Shown here piece after piece: positions 57,931-64,000 of a stretch of 64,000 bases of DNA. The notes under the pieces are model-generated. The model saw only the letters and a list, made by a program, of their open reading frames with translations. It ran no database searches and was not told the origin of the DNA. This stretch comes from Eukaryota sp. TZLM1-RC (lineage: Eukaryota > Protista > Metamonada: BaSk clade). Location of the stretch: the NCBI GenBank assembly GCA_040285825.1, contig JAUPSS010000009.1, positions 310,001-374,000 on the forward strand, written 5' to 3'. A program made the translations under genes and the position numbers. How positions within the stretch are numbered: position 1 is the stretch's first letter; every line of letters begins with the position of its first letter.

Positions 57931-58620
57931 TAAATCCATGTTTTCAAAAACTTTTAATGTCTTTTTCTCCAATTTTCAAAAAAGTTCCTGCTTCTGCTGA
58001 TAGTCTTACGTTTATAGAAAATGGGATAGCAATAAAAACAAGTGGTCTATTCTATCAGCATTAGCTTCTTCGATATCTTTGTCATATTTTATATGTTTTT
58101 CTTGGGCCATAAATTCAAGAGCATCTACAGGATTAAGATTTCTTCTTTGAACCAAAGTATCATTTGCAACACTACAGGTGACAAAGTCAACAACAGCTCG
58201 AGAGTTCTCAATCCAACCGCAGTATACATCACCTCTGTCATAGGAACCAAAATTATTCAGAGAAAGTGTTTCCTTCAGCAAAAGCTCTTTAATACACGAG
58301 ATTCTTGCAGTTTGTGTCATATTGAAAACAGTCTCTCTAACAGCATCATGCAATGAAGAACGTTGAGTTATCAATTTCGAACAATTAAGAGTCAGAGAAT
58401 GACGCAAAGTGAGCTGTGGTGAATTCGAACAATCTCATTTTTGTTTTAATAACAATTGATCAATGGGGATATTCAAAAATGATCTATAAAAATAATATAA
58501 TATATTTTTGTTACAAACGCATCATTATTAGCACACAGTCCAAATCTTCGTGGTACAATGGTCACAAACAGGAAAGAATTTGATGACCGATTTTCACAAA
58601 CACCATTGTGAAATAACAAA
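57931..58620 (-). mobile_element. CRE-like family A remnant
   Basis: 'LNCSKLITQRSSLHDAVRE..DRGDV..EKHIKY', homologous to 4084-4617. Confidence 0.8.
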
Positions 58621-59289
58621 GAGTGAAGAGCTTGATTAACCCACAATTTAAATCATGGCTGGTCATGATGTCCTGATAATCAACTCTCCTGAATTTTATT
58701 CAATAAAAACGAATAGAATATTGTTGTTGCCATGCACAAATATGGATTTTGTTCAACCGATTCATCAATAGCTTCGACGTCAGACTCAACTATTTTATGT
58801 TTCATAGCTACATCTTCACAGTGTTGTTTACTTTAGGTCCAAATAATTGACCACTATATATTGATCATGCAATGTTCGGATTCCATAATTTAAGTCTCAA
58901 ACTCATGGTTTTTATTATAAAATCATAAGCATCTCATGGATACAGAAATTATTACCAACATTACCCCAAAGGGTCACTACTATGAGGAGGAGCTTCAACT
59001 TGGTATTTTGCTTTATGAAATCACCGCCTAATAATTCAACGCAGCTATTGCTAATAAAATAAGGTCACTCTTTCAATGTCATCTGTACAAAAACATTTAG
59101 AAAAGCAATGTGTGACAAATACACCTTGAATCACTATTAACAAGATTTGGATATATTTACAGCAACTTTTCACTCCTTTTGGAGAAACTTGTTTGTGCTT
59201 TCTTTCAACTTTTCCAAGTTGACGACAATATTAAATTTATAACAAAACCTGAAAAAACTTTTAGACTAACACAAAAAAACTAAAATCTC

Positions 59290-61812
59290 CTAAATATCCA
59301 AGTGTTTCTTGACTTCTTGAACCAACTTGACCACATCTGGTGTAAGTTCTTCTCTAAATGAAGCCTTCAAAGCATCAATAGAACTTCTTGTCAGCCTAGA
59401 ATAGAGGTAATCAGATTCAACAAAATGACGACCCACACAACGGGAAGGTTGGCCTGGGAAGTTTTGAATTCGGACAGCAACCTCTTGTCCAGTAGAAGCA
59501 ACATTGATACTCTTATGATTGTTTTCAATAGAAGTCACTCGTCCCAAGGTAAGATTGGACCTATTAGGTACAAAGATTGGTGTTCCGATTCTTAAGGTTC
59601 CAACCTCAACTTTAACACCAACAATAATTGGATCCTTGTTATTAAATACACAATCCTTGACGATAGATAACTTTGTAGGGAACACCACAGCATGTTCGGC
59701 TTTTTCTCTATCAGCGCGTCGGACTTCTTCTGTATAGCGAGTAAACGCATCGGTCAAATGGTAAATGATATCAGCAGTAATGACCTTGACTCCTGTATCC
59801 TCGGCCATCTTGTGGGCTTCTGGGGTAACTTTAACATCAAAGGCTAAAATGACACCATATTGAGGTAATCCTCTTTCAATCATAATGCTAGCTCTCATAA
59901 CATCCTTCTTATGAAGAGGACCAATGCCTATACAAGAGACGGGGATCTTTTCAGTTTTCAAAAACGAGAGCAGGGCTTCTAATGATCCAAGAGTAGAAGC
60001 TTGGACATACACGCCCTTATCAACAGTCTTGACAGAGTCCAAAAGTTGAGTCAAATCTTTCATTGCCTCTTCTTCTAGTTCTTCAATGTCATCTTCAGGA
60101 CCTGCTACAAGAACGTGAGACCCAGCAATCGTTCCTTCCAGTTCAGTGGCATAAATCTTCAATCCCATTGCAGCCCTTACTTCTTCATTCTTAACATATG
60201 GAGTCTTTACTCGAAGTTCTTTCATTGGTTGAGGGGTAAGTAAGGCTCTGATAGTGGTAACAATGGGACCATTCATTCCGCACAGGACAATGGTATCACC
60301 TACTCTTAACACTCCATTTGATAGTATGACATCAATCGTGACACCCAACCCTTCAACAGATTTTACCTCTAGTACTGTGCATTGGAGATCAGCCAAGAGA
60401 GTTAACTTGGTGCTCATTCTAAGCTGTGTGAGACGTACAATGGTGTAGAGCAAATCAGGTATTCCTTCACCAGTTACAGCAGATGTAGGGACAACATTGA
60501 CAAAGCGTCGATCATCTTCATTATCGTAATACAAAGCAGAATTGATACCTTCTCCAGCAATTAAAGCTCTAATTTCAGTCCACCTATTCTCAAACTCAGT
60601 TAGCACTTGCTGATTTTGCTGAGCTAGGGTTTGCTGGATTGGAGCATTTGGATGAGTCTTCCAGGTATAAAGTCTATCAATTTTGTTGAGGGCAATAACA
60701 AAAGGAGTTTTTCTTTGTTTAAGCAAACCAATAGATTCCCTTGTCTGAGGTTCAAGTCCGTGCATAAGATCCACAACCAGAATAGCGATGTCACAAAGAG
60801 AACTGCCTCGGGATCTCAGATTGGTAAAAGACTCGTGACCGGGGGTATCAATAATCAAAAGTCCTGGCAAGTCTGATTGAAGTTCTTTGAAACCAGGAAC
60901 TTCTAAGCACTTATCAGCAACTCTCTCCATTGGGAAGAAGGTTGCACCTATTTGCTGAGTAATACCACCAGCTTCCCCCTCCTGAACATTGGTTTGCCTA
61001 ATCTTATCCAAAATGAGAGTCTTACCACAGTCAACGTGACCCAGAATGCAGCAAATAGGAGATCTTTTGTTCTTTTCAATAGCCATTTTTTGGTTGTAAA
61101 GTTCTAGCAAGTTTTCATACTTAATCAGCTCTTCTCTTCCTTTTGTACCCTTTGCTTTTTGGAGTCGCTTGTACTGTTTGTCAGTGAGGGGTTCAAAGTC
61201 AGAAGGCAAAGTGAGTTCATTACTGTCGTGTGCTTCTTCCTCATCGTGACTTTCGGCTTCCTCCACTTCGCTCTCCCCTTCAGTTGAGCTGGCCATTGCC
61301 TCCCAGTCGTCTAGTTCTGATTCCTCAGTCGCGGATAGGGCTTGGGCTTTAGCTGCTTCCTGTTCAGCTTCTAACGCAGCTTCATGGGCTTCACGTTCTC
61401 TTTGTGCTGCTGCTTCTTCGGCTTTCTTTTGCAGCAATTGTTCAGCTTCTTGGCGAGCAGCGAGGAGGGCTTCTCTCCTAGCAGCAATAACCTTCTCCTT
61501 TTCGAGTTGACGTTGCGATTTATAAAGACCCTTGTCCTTGAGGTCCTTGATGCGAGCTTTTTTGGCTTCCTTTTTACGTTGTTTGTCAGCTTCAGCCTTA
61601 CGCTTGAGTTCTTCCTCTTTTTTACGAGCCTCCTCTTCCTCGCGTTCAGCTTCCTCTTGAAGGCGCTTTTCTTCTTCAGCTTGACGTTGGCGTTCCTGAA
61701 CAATGGCAAGCATCTGAGCTTTGCTAGGACCAGAAGGTTTGGGTTTGGGTTTGGCTCTAGCAGCACCGCGACCGCGAGCAGGCATTCCTCTTCCTCGACC
61801 ACGTGAAGACAT
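59290..61812 (-). CDS. EIF5B: Eukaryotic translation initiation factor 5B
   Basis: Charged N-terminus, 'RSPICCILGHVDCGKT', 'GEAGGITQQIGAT', 'IDTPGHESF', 'NKID' and 'QASTLGSLEAL'. Confidence 0.97.
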   Translation of the reverse strand: MSSRGRGRGMPARGRGAARAKPKPKPSGPSKAQMLAIVQERQRQAEEEKRLQEEAEREEEEARKKEEELKRKAEADKQRKKEAKKARIKDLKDKGLYKSQRQLEKEKVIAARREALLAARQEAEQLLQKKAEEAAAQREREAHEAALEAEQEAAKAQALSATEESELDDWEAMASSTEGESEVEEAESHDEEEAHDSNELTLPSDFEPLTDKQYKRLQKAKGTKGREELIKYENLLELYNQKMAIEKNKRSPICCILGHVDCGKTLILDKIRQTNVQEGEAGGITQQIGATFFPMERVADKCLEVPGFKELQSDLPGLLIIDTPGHESFTNLRSRGSSLCDIAILVVDLMHGLEPQTRESIGLLKQRKTPFVIALNKIDRLYTWKTHPNAPIQQTLAQQNQQVLTEFENRWTEIRALIAGEGINSALYYDNEDDRRFVNVVPTSAVTGEGIPDLLYTIVRLTQLRMSTKLTLLADLQCTVLEVKSVEGLGVTIDVILSNGVLRVGDTIVLCGMNGPIVTTIRALLTPQPMKELRVKTPYVKNEEVRAAMGLKIYATELEGTIAGSHVLVAGPEDDIEELEEEAMKDLTQLLDSVKTVDKGVYVQASTLGSLEALLSFLKTEKIPVSCIGIGPLHKKDVMRASIMIERGLPQYGVILAFDVKVTPEAHKMAEDTGVKVITADIIYHLTDAFTRYTEEVRRADREKAEHAVVFPTKLSIVKDCVFNNKDPIIVGVKVEVGTLRIGTPIFVPNRSNLTLGRVTSIENNHKSINVASTGQEVAVRIQNFPGQPSRCVGRHFVESDYLYSRLTRSSIDALKASFREELTPDVVKLVQEVKKHLDI

Positions 61813-61934
61813 GTAGCATAAAGGTTAAAAGAAGGTTGTAAACGTTCAAAATCAGGTGAAAGAACGGATGTAGGATGTGAAAAAGTGGCTGAATTTATCT
61901 TTCAATTGTGCCTCCATTTGTCTCATCTCCAGAC

Positions 61935-64000
61935 ATGTCGATCCTTCTGGACGGCAAACAGACAGGTTGTCTTTGGCCTACTTTAAAAAAACCGTCTGGA
62001 GAAAATATTCTTACAATTCAATCCTCTCATGAGATAATCGATTGTGCCTTCTCTTATTCTGGTGATGCGGTCACTTGTCTTCTTTCAAATAACCATATCT
62101 ATCTTGTAAATTTACAAAGAAACTCTTTTTATCGTACTGTACCACCAGCTTCCAGTCCTATTTGTTTACTTGCAATAAGTAAACTGTATCGCAAGAATCG
62201 ACACTACATATTGGCTAGCACATCCTCTGAAGTTTACCTTTTGGATCCATGTGCCACTCCAAATGAAGAAGTTCTCACTGTTATCCCGACATCGTCCCCT
62301 ACTTTATGTATCTCTTTTCATCCCTCTCAACCCTATTTTGGGGTTCTTTCATCCACATCACTTGATGTTTACAACATTTTTTCATGTACATTGGTTCAAG
62401 CCATTTCAAGTTCTCTAACTTCTTCTATAAGATCTCCTTTTCTAAACTTTTGTTTTACTAATAACTTTACCTACATCATTAATAACCAAGGTATTGTTAC
62501 CTTAATTACCCCCTCTTTTTCTTTGTTTGCACACCTTTCTCTCCTTGAATCACCCCCTGCTTCCCTTCGTTTACTCTGTGAACCAAGTACTTCCTTACTT
62601 GTTACCTTTGTTAGCAACACTTTATATCTTTCCGATACTTCTTCTCTGTCCTCAACCTTCACTATTATTAAATCAGTAACATTTCCTTCTCTTATTACTT
62701 CTTGTTGCTTTGTTTCTGGTTCCTTGGTTGTTGTTGCTTGTCAAGACGGGTTTCGTCTGCTTTCGTTTACAAATGGTAAATTCGAACTGATTTCTTTTCG
62801 TGGCATTGCTCCCAAAATTGTCACTGGGGGTGGTTGCAAATTAGGAATCATTGTGGACCCTTTCTCAAGCACTGGAAATGAGTTTTATAGTTTGTATTTA
62901 GTTGATGTTTTCAATTTAGTCGAAAATGATAAGAAATTTCCGACTAAAAATACCCTAAAGTCTACTCAAATTATTGGTAGCGATACTATAGAAGTTCAGG
63001 TTGATAGACCAGAATTATCAAAAAGTCAACCATTTTCTTCCACCAGTCGTCGGGTTTCTGAGCTTGGTCGTGATGTTTCTGATACTGTTGGTTCAGGTAG
63101 ACCAGAATTATCAAAAAGTCAACCATTTTCTTCCACCAGTCGTCGGGTTTCTGAGCTTGGTCGTGATGTTTCTGATACTGTTGGTTCAGGTAGACCAGAA
63201 TTATCAAAAAGTCAACCATTTTCTTCCACCAGTCGTCGGGTTTCTGAGCTTGGTCGTGATGTTTCTGATACTGTTGGTTCAGGTAGACCAGAATTATCAA
63301 AAAGTCAACCATTTTCTTCCACCAGTCGTCGGGTTTCTGAGCTTGGTCGTGATGTTTCTGATACTGTTGGTTCAGGTAGACCAGAATTATCAAAAAGTCA
63401 ACCATTTTCTTCCACCAGTCGTCGGGTTTCTGAGCTTGGTCGTGATGTTTCTGATACTCCCTCTGTTCTTCACCATTATGATGATTTATTAAATTACCTT
63501 TCTAGGAACCATCAATTTCCTGCAGACCAGCGTTCCTTTGTCTATAAGTATTTGTGTTGCTTACCACTCAATGGAGAAGCTTTTGAATCTTTGTATTCCA
63601 AAGTCGGTGCGTCCTTTGGTGGTTTACGAAAGTGCCAAAAATTAGTAAAGTTATTAGAAGCTCTCAACCCAGAACTTATCAAAATTTCTGCAGTTTTTGA
63701 TTTTTCAAAACTTTTTTCTGTTTTTAGCATCATTTTCAAGCAAGAAATAGAGTTATTTGAATTCACTCTGTTTCTTTTGTTTAACTACTGTAGAGGATTT
63801 TTCGATTACCGACCTCATATTCCAATTCATTTACTTGGATCATGCTCTTCTTTATTATTCAAAGTTAATCCTCAAGTATTTAATTTTTTGACTGAAAAAG
63901 AATTCAATGTGGCGTATTTATTTTGGAAACCTTTTTCAACTTTCTTTTCTTGTTGGTTCAATACTGATGAGGTCTTGAGAATTCTTGACCACATCTTGAC
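61935..64000 (+). CDS. TBC1D31: TBC1D31/WDR67-like protein (WD40 plus Rab-GAP TBC domain), running off the window and absent from the ORF track
   Basis: From ATG 61935: 'GCLWP..DCAFSYSGD..NHIYLVNLQRNSF' (WD40). Later, in the same frame, 'LLNYLSRNHQFPADQRSFVYKYLCCLPLNGEAFESL' (TBC1D31-type TBC start). Confidence 0.75.
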   Translation, partial: MSILLDGKQTGCLWPTLKKPSGENILTIQSSHEIIDCAFSYSGDAVTCLLSNNHIYLVNLQRNSFYRTVPPASSPICLLAISKLYRKNRHYILASTSSEVYLLDPCATPNEEVLTVIPTSSPTLCISFHPSQPYFGVLSSTSLDVYNIFSCTLVQAISSSLTSSIRSPFLNFCFTNNFTYIINNQGIVTLITPSFSLFAHLSLLESPPASLRLLCEPSTSLLVTFVSNTLYLSDTSSLSSTFTIIKSVTFPSLITSCCFVSGSLVVVACQDGFRLLSFTNGKFELISFRGIAPKIVTGGGCKLGIIVDPFSSTGNEFYSLYLVDVFNLVENDKKFPTKNTLKSTQIIGSDTIEVQVDRPELSKSQPFSSTSRRVSELGRDVSDTVGSGRPELSKSQPFSSTSRRVSELGRDVSDTVGSGRPELSKSQPFSSTSRRVSELGRDVSDTVGSGRPELSKSQPFSSTSRRVSELGRDVSDTVGSGRPELSKSQPFSSTSRRVSELGRDVSDTPSVLHHYDDLLNYLSRNHQFPADQRSFVYKYLCCLPLNGEAFESLYSKVGASFGGLRKCQKLVKLLEALNPELIKISAVFDFSKLFSVFSIIFKQEIELFEFTLFLLFNYCRGFFDYRPHIPIHLLGSCSSLLFKVNPQVFNFLTEKEFNVAYLFWKPFSTFFSCWFNTDEVLRILDHIL
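63006..63458 (+). repeat. 93-bp coding tandem repeat, about 4.9 copies (RPELSKSQPFSSTSRRVSELGRDVSDTVGSG)
   Basis: Units start at 63006, 63099, 63192, 63285 and 63378 and appear identical. Confidence 0.95.

Noticed and set aside
62986-63492. CRISPR-like array, or separate repeat-protein genes (track ORFs 62986..63405 and 63001..63492)
   Set aside because: The units are contiguous with no unique spacers, and these ORFs are alternative frames of the repeat inside the TBC1D31-like gene.
1-64000. tRNA or rRNA genes, and the many short antisense ORFs in the track
   Set aside because: I recognised no cloverleaf or rRNA sequence by eye (tRNAscan would be decisive). The short ORFs are shadows of longer genes or elements.

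Overview
AT-rich, gene-dense nuclear DNA of a eukaryotic microbe, most likely a flagellated protist. It carries ciliary genes (CFAP70-like, ODF3/SHIPPO-like, TBC1D31-like), very short GT-AG introns and several bacterial-type enzymes; a metamonad-like anaerobe is my inference only. About 23 host genes are present, including RPB1, eIF5B, NC2-alpha/DRAP1, calcineurin B, symplekin, a TM2D protein, an FHA-AAA ATPase, tRNA isopentenyltransferase, a MYST acetyltransferase, PARN and SMIM7. Several need introns that the ORF track misses. Intergenic spaces hold 5'-truncated CRE-like (RLE-type) non-LTR retrotransposon remnants of about four families, two Ty3/gypsy chromodomain LTR elements nested inside them, and a back-to-back pair of decayed Fanzor (eukaryotic TnpB-like RNA-guided nuclease) genes at about 23.8-26.0 kb. 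The best candidate for an undescribed system is this Fanzor pair: one copy is followed by a structured, G-U-containing putative omegaRNA (26019-26125) and the other by a hairpin+CTAG Helitron-like end. Also notable are six 27-37 nt introns with a fixed branch-point position, a non-canonical primer-site motif shared by both LTR families, and a stand-alone bacterial DUF2156 gene. All calls come from reading motifs by eye; no searches were run.
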